This document shows, in pieces, positions 26,354 to 37,140 of a DNA stretch of 64,000 bases. Location: contig OZ024740.1 in the NCBI GenBank assembly GCA_964016885.1, positions 395,870,001-395,934,000 on the forward strand, read 5' to 3'. Source of the DNA: Eledone cirrhosa. Lineage: Eukaryota. Below the pieces are notes generated by a model. That model worked only from the letters and a program-made list of their open reading frames with translations, was not told the origin of the DNA and did not search any database. Made by a program: the position numbers and the translations under genes. How positions within the stretch are numbered: position 1 is the stretch's first letter; each line of letters opens with the position of its first letter.

Positions 26354-29300
26354 GATGTATATATTTATATATATATATATATGTGGATGCGACCAGATTT
26401 CAACACAGCAACAACTACAACTACAACAACAGCGACACCAACAACTGGAACAGCAACAACACCATTGTCTGTGTTGAATGTGTGTGTATGTATGTATTTA
26501 TATATATGCGACTACAATAACAGCATCAACACCATTGTCTGCAGCATCAGTGAAATGAAGAACAACAACGGCAGCGGCAGCAGCAACAACAACAACAACA
26601 ACAGCAACTACAATAACAACTACAGCAACAACAACTGCCACCACCATCACTGACCATCCACCACCACCACCATCACTGACCATCCACCACCACCACCACA
26701 CTGACACCACCACCACACTGACACCATCCACCACCATTCACCACCACCACCGCCATTACCAGTGTAAAGCAAACAATTATTATTATTATTATTATTATTA
26801 TATACAAGCTGAACTGGACTGGGAAATGTCAACAGTTGACATGATATTGATTTTGTATTTGTATCAGTACTGCCAGTAATATATTATATATATATATGTG
26901 TGTGTGTTTGTATGCATGAATGAGTGTTGGTATGTGAGTGGCGTGTGTGTGTGTGGTTTGTATGCATGAGTGTTGGTGTGTGAGTGTTGGTGTGAGTGTC
27001 GTGTCAATAAGTTTTTTTTTTTGTTTTTGTTTTTTGGGGTTTTTTTAATGACCATGCTGTAAAATAGAGGGGTAGAGAGGGCCCTTGAGTCTAGTAAGAC
27101 ATCCTCTCTAGTGCTGGTGGCACAAATAAAAGCACCCAGTCCATGCTGTAAAGTGGCGCTGGTGTTAGGAAGGGCATCCAACCAGTGTATCAATGCCAAA
27201 ACGCTTATCAGCACAGCAACAAATAGGAACAACAACAAAATATGAAGATGTCGCATCTCAGAGTTGCAACACTTAATGTTGGCACTCTCAGAGGTAGATC
27301 TGCTGAAATAGCGGAGATACTGGAGAGAAGGCATGTGGATGTGTGCTGCGTGCAAGAGGTGAGATGGAGAGGTGCCGCTGTGAGACTAGTCGTAGGCAAA
27401 CGTCTTAGCTATAAGCTATTCTGGGTAGGTAAGGATGATGGGTTAGGGGAGTAGGCATTTTCCTGGCTGAGAAATGGATCAATAAGACAATAGAGGTAGT
27501 TCGAGTTAGTAATCGAATAATTAAGCTTAGATTAGTTGTAGGCAGGAGACTACTGACAATCATCTCGGCCTATGCAAAGATGAGAAAGACTGCTTTTACG
27601 AGCAACTTTTACAAATAATCGCAATGACAGAGGACGGAGACATCGTTATGCTAGCAGGAGACTTCAATGGTCATGTTGGACAGCTCCAGGATGGTTACAT
27701 TGGGGTACATGGTGGGCACGGTTATGGCTCAAGAAATGAAGAAGGAGTAAGACTTCTTGAATTTTGTGATGCAAGTACATTGACTATTTGCAACGCAAAC
27801 TTCCAGAAACCTGCCAATCACCTAATAACCTACAAATCTGGTGAGCACATAAGCCAGATTGACTTCTTACTAGTTAGGCAGCGGGACAGGCAGATAGTGT
27901 CTAATACCAAGGCATACCCTGGGGAAAAATGTACCCCACAGCATAGGTTAGTCGTTAGTGATATCTCAGTAAGCAAGAGATGGAATGAGACATACAGGAA
28001 GGTGTGGAGAAAAAAGGTCTGGAAGCTAGAAGACCTTTCACTAAAATACAAATTTAGGAAACCCCTTCAAGATGTATATGACGAAAAAGAAGTCGATTTA
28101 AGACGTATGACATAGATAATAACTGGAATTTCTTACGTGACAACTTGCTGCAGGCTACTGATGAAACTTGTGGCTGGAGCAGAGCTCCAACCAGACAGAG
28201 AGTGACCTGGTGGTGGAACAGCACAGTAGATAAGGCCATTAGAGACAAAAGACTAGTATGGAAGGCTTGGAAAAAGGGTGGGAGTAGGGAAGAATATACA
28301 GCCACTAAGAGAGAAGCTAGACGTCAGGTGTACTTAGCACGCAGGGAGGCGGAGAGTAGGAGGTTTGCCAATGTTCTGCGACGGGAAGATCAGAGGCGTG
28401 CGGTGTTCCACATTGCAAGGCAGTGTGTCAATGCAAATCAGGATGTTGTTGGAGATAAATGTGTCCGGGATGATGCCGGTGTACTTAGTGTCACGAATGA
28501 TCAGAAAAAGGAGGCCTGGAAATGTCATTATGAGAAACTGATGAATGTGGAGAACGAATGGGAGAGAGAGAAATTACCCTTAGTAGATCCGACAGAGGGA
28601 CCAGCTATTGAGATTGACGAATATAGGGTCCAAGAGGCGATTAGGGAAATGAAAAATGGTAAGGCTGCCGGACCATCGGGAATAGTTGCTGAGATGCTGA
28701 AGGCATCAGAGGACGTAGGCACTAAACTGGTTGCACGCATCATCAATCAGGCTATATATGGTGGTGTCATACCCAAAGACAGGTGCAGCAGTATTCTCAT
28801 AAATTGCTACAAAGGTAAAGGGGATGCTCTGGAGAGGAGCAATTATAGGGGTATAAAACTGATGGATCAGGTTATGAAAGTGGCAGAAAGGATATTAGCA
28901 CAACTAATTAGAGAAAGGGTCAAACTAGATGAGATGCAGTTTGGTTTTGTGCCTGGGAAGAGTACAACAGATGCCCTCTTCTTAGTGAGACAATTGCAAG
29001 AGAGGTTCTTAGAGAAAAATAAGCCACTATACTTAGCCTTTGTTGACCTAGAGAAGGCCTTTGATAGGGTACCCCGATCTGTCATCTGGCGGTCCCTAAG
29101 GAAGGTAGGTGTTGAGGAATGGCTTGTGAGGACAGTGCAAACTTTGTACAGAAGTACTCTCAGTAAAGTCAGGGTAGGAATGGAGTTTAGTGAGGAATTC
29201 CAGATACAAGTAGGAGTACATCAAGGTTCGGTCCTCAGCCCGCTCTTGTTCATTATAGTCCTCCAAGCCATAACAGAGGAGTTTAAGACTGGCTGTCCAT

Positions 29301-32205
29301 GAGAACTTCTCTATGCTGACGATCTGGTTCTTATAGCAGAATCAGTAGAGGAGCTAGACAATAAATTCTGGCTATGGAAACAGCAGTTGAAAGCAAGAGG
29401 ACTGAGAGTGAACCTAGCTAAGACAAAAGTGTTGATGAGTAGAAAAGAGGACAAAACTCTGATTTCATCAGGGAAATGGCCATGTTCGATATGCAGAAAA
29501 GGAACTGGCATAAATTCTATAAAATGCACACAATGCAGATCCTGGGTACACAAGAGATGTAGTGGGATAACAGGCAAACTAACAGGTAGGGAGAAATACA
29601 CATGCAGTAGATGTACAGGGAAATTAGACAGTAGAAGTCGCATTGATAGACACATTTTGCAAATGCAGGCGGATGCTATAGAAGTGGTGGATAGCTTCCG
29701 ATACCTAGGAGATCAGATTAGCATGGGGAGGGGGTGTTCCGAGGCCATAGTATCTAGAATATGGACGGGTTGGAAGAAGTTTAGGGAGTTGCTTCCTCTG
29801 CTGACGAAGAAGGTTTTCTCCCTGCGTACGAAAGGCCGGTTATATGATGCCTGTGTGAGGAGCGCGATGCTGCATGGTAGTGAGACATGGGCAGCAACTG
29901 CAGAGGATATGCAACGGCTGGAGAGAAATGAGGCAAGCATGCTCCGTTGGAAGTGCAATGTCAATGTGCGTGAACGACCCAGCATGAATGTGTTGAGAGA
30001 GAAACTGTGTCTGAGAGGGATAGAATGTAGTGTGCGAGAGAGGAGACTGAGATGGTATGGACATGTGATGTGCATGGAGGATGACCGATGGGTGAAGAAG
30101 TGCCAGGAAATGCCAGTTGAAGAAAGACGTGGTAGAGGTAGACCACGAAAAACATGGGCGGAGGTGGTGAGAACAGACCTCAGATCGCTGAAGCTCATGG
30201 TGGAGATGACAAAGGACAATGACAAGTGGAGAGATGCTGTGCTGAATAAGACCCGTCCCACCCTTGCAAGCAGGGAAAAGCGGATGTATGATGATGATGA
30301 TGATGATTATATATATATATATATATACATAATAGAAGGACAAAAGAAAACAAAGAAAATAATGAGATAGTGGACCCCAAGCTGTGGTGTCTGTCCTAAA
30401 TAGGAAGTTAATCATAGCTATGATAAAGTTAAAACAATGTTGTCTTTGATCAAGACGAAGCAAGAGTGTAATTGAATACATTTAAAAATGAGAAAACTCA
30501 TAGCTAGAACAGCCTTTCAAACAGCTAAATGCTGTCAAAGACAGAGACCAGCAGCTCGTGGTCATTTCTTTTCTTTGTTTTCTTTCGTCCTTCTATTTGT
30601 GGTGTTTGTTTTATCACACACAACACATACCAGCAGAAAGATTTATTTTTCTGTTGCACAATCCATCTTTTTAAAATGGTACTCTCAATTAAATCGTGCA
30701 AAATCATTTTACTGGTTTGAGAGCTGATGAGGGTGAAGATGTGTGTGTGTGTGTGCGTGTAAACTTGTCTTGTACATCGCTTTTATTTCCTTCTTCCAGT
30801 CACATCTGTGTGCCAGTGCATTTCTCTTTGTCATCCACGTCTTTCAATCTTTTCTATATTTCATCTGTCTGTCACCCACCTTGTGGATTGTCTTTCTACT
30901 GGCCACTGGTCTTTGTCCTCTGAGGCATTTTTGCCCATCACTGTCTTTGACAGCATGTGGCTGTTTTTATATGTATTCAATCAAATACACTCTCGCTTCT
31001 GTACATATTTTGTTATACACAGATCCATTATTCTAACATCAGCACAAGATCAACAATTTGGGGGTGAAAGGTAAGTCGATTTTATGAACTCCAGTACTTT
31101 AACTTCATCAACCCCAGAAGGATGAATGTCAAAGTTGACCTAGATGGAATTTGAACTCAGAACATAGGAAACCGTAACTAAATACCACATAGCATTTTGT
31201 TGGACGCCTGCCGATAATGCCATTACAACGCCCTATACAGAGTAATAATGGGATCGTTTACATGTTTAAAGAGGGGGAATGGGTTAGAAGACACAAATAA
31301 CTAAGATATTTCGTAAAAACCTGTTTTTTTTCATATATTTATACACCAACAATTGTCAATATTATGGCATCATTTTTTACGTATGTGCATAACATTATCG
31401 TGCTTAGAATCGATCCACTTTCTGCCTTTATAACATTGATTTCTTTTAATAAGTCCCCAAAAAACTGTCGCAGAATGATTTAATAAAGCCCATAATTGTT
31501 TCTACTTTAGGCACAAGGCCAGCAATTACCCAGTGCATTACTGGTACTTTATTTTATCGACCCCGTAAGGATAAAATAAAGCCCATAATTAATAACTAGA
31601 AATTATTTCGGCGTTGAACAAAATGCCTTGGAATGTTCAGTTATGGTTCTTTGCGTTCTGAGTTCAAATCTCACCGAGGTCAACTTTGCCTTTCACCCTT
31701 TGGTGTCGATAAAATCAAGTATAAGAATTGGGGTTGATTTATATTCCTATCCTGCATCCTAGATATACAAGGAATTATAATAGAAAACCACACAGCAAAA
31801 AAGATATTTACAATTTAGACAAGTTTGACGCTCTACTTTACAGCCAGCTGCTAGTAAACAAACAAAAGATCCATTGATTTAAAGAAACACAACAATAGTA
31901 CGATATATCAGTTAATAAATATACTTCTGTCAGTATACCATAAAGTATAAAGGTGAAAACATAAATTATAACATTTAACTCTTTAAGCAAAACAAAACTT
32001 CAACCATGATTTTTATACAAAGTTTCAAACAAAGAATAAATGAACTGAAAACTGACAAGTAATTTGTCAGGTATAATTATCTTATCAAGGACATATACTA
32101 TTGGAAGATTACGATGCTTCGAACAAAAATAATTGCTAACAAATATGAAAATGAAGAAATACATTTGTTTTATATCAACAGACAACTTACATCGTCAGCA
32201 GCCAT
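1432..32205 (-). CDS. RAB3GAP1: Rab3 GTPase-activating protein catalytic subunit, exons 1-12 (3'-partial; continues beyond window start)
   Basis: Manually spliced GT-AG exons with consistent phases: 32205-32191, 25475-25423, 21364-21289, 14887-14728, 13859-13781, 11573-11454, 10155-9990, 9242-9143, 7587-7506, 3263-3195, 1793-1720, 1515-1432 (1078 nt). Translation MAADDDADVFEITDFTTASDWERFIARLEEILHEW...NDFPSRAHCLCRWYGLRSF...LPFGACEDP...DLDPLQAPQWSVR matches the RAB3GAP1 N-terminus (human VFEITDFTTASEWERF, from memory). Confidence 0.95.
1720..1793 (-). CDS. RAB3GAP1: RAB3GAP1 exon 11
   Basis: DLDPLQAPQWSVRITMTEDPQCLL. Confidence 0.94.
1865..2560 (-). mobile_element. Decayed Tc1/mariner (maT-like) DNA transposon
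   Basis: TACAGGGTG terminus; frameshifted transposase pieces PPHIFEQGL.FNS.GYVELL, VWQQDSAPCHT, W.PNSPD.NP.DY. Confidence 0.8.
3195..3263 (-). CDS. RAB3GAP1: RAB3GAP1 exon 10
   Basis: ELHLSCTWPCLSENIIVENQVY. Confidence 0.93.
3379..5418 (+). mobile_element. RTE-clade LINE (family B), 5'-truncated; intact RT ORF with PHD insertion, structured 3' UTR and (GAT)n tail
   Basis: ORF 3484..5109: NYRGIKL, QFGF, FVDLEKAFD, GVHQGSVLSP, YADD, C4HC3 cluster, LHGSETW, RRLRWYGHV. Confidence 0.95.
5684..6085. mobile_element. piggyBac-type MITE, two tandem units
   Basis: TTAA-CCCTTTAGCATT start; ~200-bp unit duplicated; homologous to 6422-6650 and 24830-25033. Confidence 0.65.
6422..6650. mobile_element. 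piggyBac-type MITE
   Basis: TTAA TCCTTTAGCATTTA ... TAAATGCTAAGGGG TTAA terminal inverted repeats with TTAA flanks. Confidence 0.75.
6675..7380 (+). mobile_element. CR1-like LINE 3' fragment
   Basis: Homologous to 42520-43178 (VRPHLEF, LETVQR.ATKRIP); (ATT)n tail running into a (GTT/GCT)n microsatellite. Confidence 0.9.
7506..7587 (-). CDS. RAB3GAP1: RAB3GAP1 exon 9
   Basis: DFSIMGDEDVGCTGFGMLPFGACEDPV. Confidence 0.94.
8150..9015 (+). mobile_element. Old RTE LINE 3' end (family C) with module-bearing 3' UTR, interrupted by a SINE
   Basis: Decayed C-terminus (RIGIDASHAEDSTSW); the UTR matches an uninterrupted copy at 10645-11035 on the minus strand. Confidence 0.65.
8575..8903 (+). mobile_element. 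tRNA-derived SINE with RTE-derived 3' tail
   Basis: A box TGGCTTAGTGG, B box GAGTTCAATTC, central TCCTTGAGCAAGACACTT motif, tail matching the family-A LINE end, then (GAT)n. Confidence 0.9.
9143..9242 (-). CDS. RAB3GAP1: RAB3GAP1 exon 8
   Basis: GHAINPLPTVAVSVRFTYILEEWTHSLWPQTPP. Confidence 0.93.
9990..10155 (-). CDS. RAB3GAP1: RAB3GAP1 exon 7
   Basis: SVPMFVQIQQKWRRLYLG...QYNHLAGLLDVFKSEL (inside ORF-track 9951..10151). Confidence 0.94.
10645..11035 (-). mobile_element. RTE 3'-UTR-derived element (family C)
   Basis: Matches 8290-8570 joined to 8904-9015. Confidence 0.7.
11213..11349. repeat. Minisatellite, 23-bp unit x6
   Basis: (ATATGGATGAAGATATTAACAGA)n, nearly perfect. Confidence 0.95.
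11454..11573 (-). CDS. RAB3GAP1: RAB3GAP1 exon 6
   Basis: YGLRSFIVLSPKSTADIIDIESRAKLLLSSVTIALGNTGC. Confidence 0.94.
12500..12930 (-). mobile_element. Decayed PHD-containing RTE fragment
   Basis: FVCGRCTG...LEVANCFCYMGDPISS..GC, aligning with the PHD end and RT7 region of families A and B. Confidence 0.75.
13781..13859 (-). CDS. RAB3GAP1: RAB3GAP1 exon 5
   Basis: ATPTVFEDMMSMDNDFPSRAHCLCRW. Confidence 0.93.
14728..14887 (-). CDS. RAB3GAP1: RAB3GAP1 exon 4
   Basis: GEFTSETWEERTDELQFSDVKFDLTYHYLK...KNE. Confidence 0.92.
15216..20277 (-). mobile_element. RTE-clade LINE (family A) copy 1: APE endonuclease plus RT, with an internal ~440-bp deletion and a 5' tandem monomer array
   Basis: VATLNVGTL, VQEVRW, GDFNGHVG, FVDLEKAFD, GVHQGSVLSP; the deletion at ~15818 removes YADD and the PHD finger; (TA)n on both sides. 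Confidence 0.93.
18480..20277 (-). repeat. Tandem array of ~13 monomers of 138-145 bp at the 5' end of LINE family A
   Basis: Anchor GCATATATATAAATACATAC recurs 13 times; only ~1.5 units at 26400-26600 in copy 2. Confidence 0.95.
21289..21364 (-). CDS. RAB3GAP1: RAB3GAP1 exon 3
   Basis: FIARLEEILHEWRLVNLPALPPVAK. Confidence 0.93.
21990..22590 (+). mobile_element. CR1-like LINE 3' fragment
   Basis: [26 protein letters not shown]; (ATT)n tail. Confidence 0.9.
23185..24214 (+). mobile_element. RTE family B 3' copy with 5' fold-back inverted duplication
   Basis: 23311-24214 is nearly identical to 4491-5418; 23185-23310 is the reverse complement of 23330-23455. Confidence 0.93.
24830..25033. 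mobile_element. piggyBac-type MITE (decayed)
   Basis: Homologous to 6422-6650. Confidence 0.65.
25423..25475 (-). CDS. RAB3GAP1: RAB3GAP1 exon 2
   Basis: DADVFEITDFTTASDWE(R), flanked by AG/GT. Confidence 0.95.
26395..30308 (+). mobile_element. RTE-clade LINE (family A) copy 2, near full-length; ORF 27242-~30290 broken by frameshifts and a TGG>TGA stop at 29300
   Basis: APE domain (27242-28000), RT with YADD (~29312), PHD finger (29477-29613), C-terminal RGRGRPRKTW, (GAT)n tail, (TA)n flanks. Confidence 0.95.
32191..32205 (-). CDS. RAB3GAP1: RAB3GAP1 exon 1 (MAADD)
   Basis: ATGGCTGCTGACGAT followed by GTAAGT donor; phase 0 into the next exon. Confidence 0.85.
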
Positions 32206-32218
32206 AGCTGGCGTGTTA

Positions 32219-32226
32219 CCGGAAGT
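32219..32226. promoter_or_regulatory. ETS/GABP-type CCGGAAGT motif at the RAB3GAP1 5' end
   Basis: Exact CCGGAAGT 14 bp upstream of the start codon; typical of housekeeping and bidirectional promoters. Confidence 0.55.
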
Positions 32227-32337
32227 AGATGTAAGGGATGTAACTCTATTAAACTATACATTTTATTGAAGACTTCTTGAAAGTTAAATAGAATTCTTTG
32301 TCAAACAGAATTATTGTCCTTGTCACAGCTGATTATA

Positions 32338-32430
32338 GCTTCTATCCCATAAACTGCAACGTTTCAATAGTTAAGTCGCTTCTATCCCATAAACTGCAAC
32401 GTTTCAATAGTTAAGTCGCTTCAATCCCAT
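32338..32430. repeat. 40-bp tandem duplication (2.3 copies) upstream of RAB3GAP1
   Basis: GCTTCTATCCCATAAACTGCAACGTTTCAATAGTTAAGTC repeated exactly. Confidence 0.9.
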
Positions 32431-33019
32431 CAGTTTAATCCACTTAGCTATTGGCTTAAATACAATTCCATATACTTCCTCATTCTCTCTCTCCACATTA
32501 CTCAGCTTATGTACTCCGTCCAATTTTCTCTCAGTGAAAATAGAAGCAAACTTTTTTTTATTATTTCCCCAAGCATGTTAATTTTATTTATTTTTTATTT
32601 ATAATATATTTTTATAGATTTATCATTATTTTGTTTATTTTCTATTGATTATAAATGAATTATCTCTTTTTAAAATGCTTACAAATTATGAATGCCATCA
32701 TTTATTATATTATAAATATAAAATATAAAAACATGACAAAAATACTAGAATCAAAACAAAAGAAAATATCAATTCAACGCTAAGTGTGTCAATCCTTCAC
32801 ACAGCAGAAAGGATACGATACCCGAGTCTCCTTTCGAATACTTTCAGATTAGAAAGAAGATTATGAAGAAAGTAACTGCAAGTCTGGTTTTATGGATTCA
32901 AAAAATATCATACTGTCAATGGAAGAAATTATGAATGCTCGTCCTGAAGCAGCAATTCTCGTCTCTGTCTCTTCTCTGGTTTCATTCTTCCATCCATGCT
33001 TGCTCCCCTCTAGTGAGTA

Positions 33020-33600
33020 ACATCATCTATTTTTGAATAATGACTAGCTCTAACAGTAGCCCTACTTCGATAGCAAGAGCTGCATTTGTTAGTTTTTAAT
33101 GCAGAGCAGGATAGATTGAAGCAGAGCCTGGGACAACTTATGTTCAAGAGACACTTTCAAATCTCTCTTTGATCAATCTGATCAATTCTCAAAGTGCCGC
33201 TTACTTTCTGCGAGTGCCAAATTCAGGGGAATTGGGTTGATGCTTTACTCATAGCCAACATCAGTGGCCTATTCAATCTGGATGAACTCTACATATCCAT
33301 TGCACTCAGAGTCGGAGCCAATGTGGGAAATTTAAATGTCATTGTAGCAGACCACTGGACTCCACAAATCTTTATGGTTTGTCTGGCTGTGTGAATGCTG
33401 GTCACTTCACTCGCAATACCATGTTGAGCCTATTTAAAACTCTGGCTCTGATTTGAGTCAATATACCGTCAGTTGGAGCCAAATGAATTGTCCAGTGTTG
33501 GTGGGAAAGGACCAGATGGTCTTACCATTTTCCTCTGGGTATGCGGTAGATGTTTCATTTGGGACACCAGAGTTAGCAGCTCTTTTGCTTCTTCCCACAT
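33020..33600 (+). mobile_element. CRE-like (restriction-endonuclease-type) non-LTR remnant, C-terminal region
   Basis: GNWVDAL..., IALRVGA, decayed CCHC knuckle, LEP.....GKRPDGLTIF.W..G....WD. Confidence 0.75.
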
Positions 33601-34534
33601 CCGATAAAACCTCTTGCGGTATTTGTTCCGTGTTAAAATCCCATCACAGTCAATTTTGCCTTTCGTCCTTTCGGGGTCGATAAAATAAAGTACCAGTACA
33701 GTCTTGTTGGAATTCTATATTAACAAAATACCATACAGTATTTATTCCGACTCTTTACGTTGAGTTCACCATCGACGATACTGGTATGAAGTTGTATTAG
33801 TCCTTGCCATTCATTAAGATAACATCGGTGGCGTCGATACTGAACTGGATTAACCATTAAGCAAAATGTGTACATGCTTAGGACGACAAGGGAAGAGAGC
33901 AGCACAGAGATTTTCCATTGTCGGATTTACTATGGAGCAAATGGTGTAGCTGAACCAAAGTCCACAAAATATAGTTTGACAATGTTTTGATACTTAAATT
34001 TATATATATACAAATTTAAGGTATCAAAACATATCGAATATGCTTGACTTTTGTGTTTCTCAGTAAAAAAGCTCAATGGACGTTTGTCCAGAGCTATAAT
34101 AATCCAAAAGTAAAAGATATATGTATATATATATAGAGAGAGAGAGAGAGAAAGAACCATATATCCATAAGAATACACAAAATATTGCATATATATAAAG
34201 CACATTTTTTTTTTAAATGTACTCAAGATGGAAACAATAAAATTCCTAATAGCGCTATTTCATGCATTGTAAACCCATCGCTTAAAATCAATCTATGTAA
34301 TAGATCATCAATCACAAACTATCAATTTTGGTTAAGTTACAGGAGATGTATGACAATCAGCAGAGGATATTGTCAATTGTATAATTTGAAATAAAAAATA
34401 CAGTTGCAATATGGTATATAATACAATATACCTGTTTATATCCAGAAGGAAACTCAACGAACTAACACCAAGCTAAAACCAACATGATGTAGTCACGTTC
34501 AACCAGAGACAAGAGATATAAACAAAACTGGACG

Positions 34535-35230
34535 TTTATTCCTTTGATGGCCACTTCATCCTATCTGCCTCAGGGGTCCAACAGGGTGACCCGCTTGAAC
34601 CTGCTCTTTTCACACTGGGTATTGATGACATCACCAAGTTAGGAGCTGACCTGGATTTGAATGTCTGGTATCTGGATGATGCTTGTTCTGGAGAAGGGGT
34701 CCTCCAGATAAGGTCCTTGCAACTGTGAAGACAATGATTGAGGAATTTGGTCTTAGGGGCCTTCACGTCAACAGTTCCAAATGTGAGCTCTGGCCCCTCA
34801 ATCACCCAACTTTACATCAGCAAACCTGTTTACAGAGACCTTCTCTATCACGGTTCCTCCCTATTCAGTGTGGTGCCCTCTTGGAACAGCAATTACTGAC
34901 CAAGCCTTTGAGTTCATCTTTCAATCTAAGTTGGCTAGCCTCAAGGCTACTGAACCTCACCAAGTTTTTTTTATACTTAGGAATTACTTGTTGATTCCTA
35001 ATTTGTATTTGCTGAGATTTAGTGTCTCTTACAGATTTTTGTAATCTCTCCAACGCTTTGACAACTTAATCTTCAGTAACCTTGACGGCTTGGTCAATGT
35101 GCCTGTGAGGGTGCCTGGTTGTTTCAGTGCCTTAGCCTCACCATCACCCACAGTAATGCTGTGGGCATGTAGGCTTGCCTCAAAAATTTCCATTGACCCT
35201 TGTGGTGTGTCCCCAATTGACACACTTAGT
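34535..35230 (+). mobile_element. CRE-like non-LTR remnant, RT region
   Basis: ILSASGVQQGDPLEPALF, LNVWYLDD, GLHVNSSKCELW. Confidence 0.8.
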
Positions 35231-35619
35231 GGTGCATTGATGTTTTTTTCTCTCGTTTTGATCATATATTTTTGTGCATTATATTTATAATTAATTGTAT
35301 TTATTATATTTTCATTCTCTAAGAAGTATTCATTAAGTATTCTCCATATTATTTGTGTCTATATTTTCATTCTGTAAGCTTTATATTATTATATTTATTA
35401 AATGCATATTATATTTTTTTTTAAAAACTATACACATATATATATATACTGCTTTTAATAAAGGACATTTGTTTATTAGAATTCAGGGGCAAAGAGTAAG
35501 ACCGCCAAGCCTCTTCCCATCAACTCTAGACAATCCAGCTAACCCAAAAGTAGAGAAGATATTTACTTGAGCCAGGGTCCACTTGATAATTATGTTTAGC
35601 TTAGTATTGTGAAGCAACG

Positions 35620-35990
35620 TGCATTCAGACAGCAAGATAATTCATGACCTGTGGTATCGAGGAGCCTGATACAGCAACATTTAAATCCCCCACTAACACT
35701 GCCTCCAACTCGGAGTGCAATGTATACGCAGAGTTCATCCAAAGTGAGCAGTCCACCAATGTTGGCCTTGAGCAGGGCATCAACCCAGTCCCCAAAATGT
35801 TAATCTCGCAGAAAGTAAGGGGCACCTTGAGAATTGATAAGATTGATCAGAGGGAGTTGAAAGTGTCTCTCAAAACATAAATTGTCCCTCTCTGCTTCAG
35901 TCATTCCTCCTCTGTATCAGGAACTGACAAGCCCAGCTCCCTCCACTGTAGTAAGGCTCCATCTACCTCACAGTTGGAAAGGAGAGAATG
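35620..35990 (-). mobile_element. CRE-like remnant, inverted relative to 33020-33400
   Basis: Translation MPLTFCE...G..L.AL parallels ORF 33194..33394. Confidence 0.65.
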
Positions 35991-36039
35991 TTACCCACCA
36001 GATGGAGAAAAGAAAGCTGTGAAATAATAGAGACAAATA

Positions 36040-37140
36040 TCTATGTAAACCTAGGCCCCCAATTATAACGTAATCGACTTTAAAAAGCCTTTGACTGTGT
36101 TTGGTATGAGAGTTTGTGAAAGGTGATGAAGGATTTCAACTTAAACATCATCCTCATTCAAGTAACTGTATGACAACTCAAACTGTGCAATTCTCCTATA
36201 TAACAACACTGGAGAATTCTTCAGGACAACAGTGGAAGTTCAACAGAGATAGCTCCTTTCTCCAGTGCTTTTCAACGTCATCCTGGAAAACATCATGCAA
36301 GAAATGCTCCAAGTTTCCATTGGAGGATGGCCCATTTCCAACCTGCACTTAGCTGATGACATTGACCTGTTAGGAAGCAGTGAATCAGCTCACTACCAGA
36401 CTGGAAAAAGTATCAGGAGCATATGGAATCGAGATCAGCTCAGAAAAGAGCAAGATTCTGGTTAACAGTAATAATCAGAATACAGCAACAAAAATCATGC
36501 TGAACGGAGGAAGACTTGAAGAAGTGAACACCTTCAAGTACCTAGGATCCACTCTGACCAAAGATGGTGGCAGATCTCAAAAGGAGATACTGACAAAAGG
36601 TCACTTCTGCCATGATAAAGCTGAATGTCATATGGAAAAGCAACTCCATCAGTTTTCCAATGAGGCTCAAACTGTACATGTCCTTAGTGATTTCGATCCT
36701 TTTGTATGGGTGTGAGAGTTGGACTCTCACAGCTGACATGGAATGAAGAATCCAGTAATTTAAGCACAAGTGGTTCAGAAGGGTGTTACACATCCCATAC
36801 ACGGAGCACAAAACAAACAGCTTTGTTAGGCAGCAAATTAGATATGCTGGCAGACTGGAACCACTCCTTGCGATGGTGAAGAGATGAAAGCTTGCCCGGT
36901 ATGGTTATATAACCCACCACAACTCCTTGTCCCAAACCATCCTTTAGGGCACAGTCGAGGGAGAGTGAAGAAGAGGCAGACAAAAAAAATCCTGGTCCGA
37001 CAACCTGAAAGACTAGACTGATCACAACACCGCGGCCCTTCTACGCAAGACTGAGAATAAAGACCAATGACGACAACTAACTGAAAAAACGTGTAGAGTG
37101 GCACCCCAACAACTGGCTGCACCAGTTGCTTGAACATGAT
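36040..37140 (+). mobile_element. Decayed RTE/BovB-like LINE
   Basis: IDFKK.FD.V, LSPVLFNVILE, NLHLADDIDL, FKYLGSTLTKDG, YGCESWTLT, with many stops. Confidence 0.85.
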
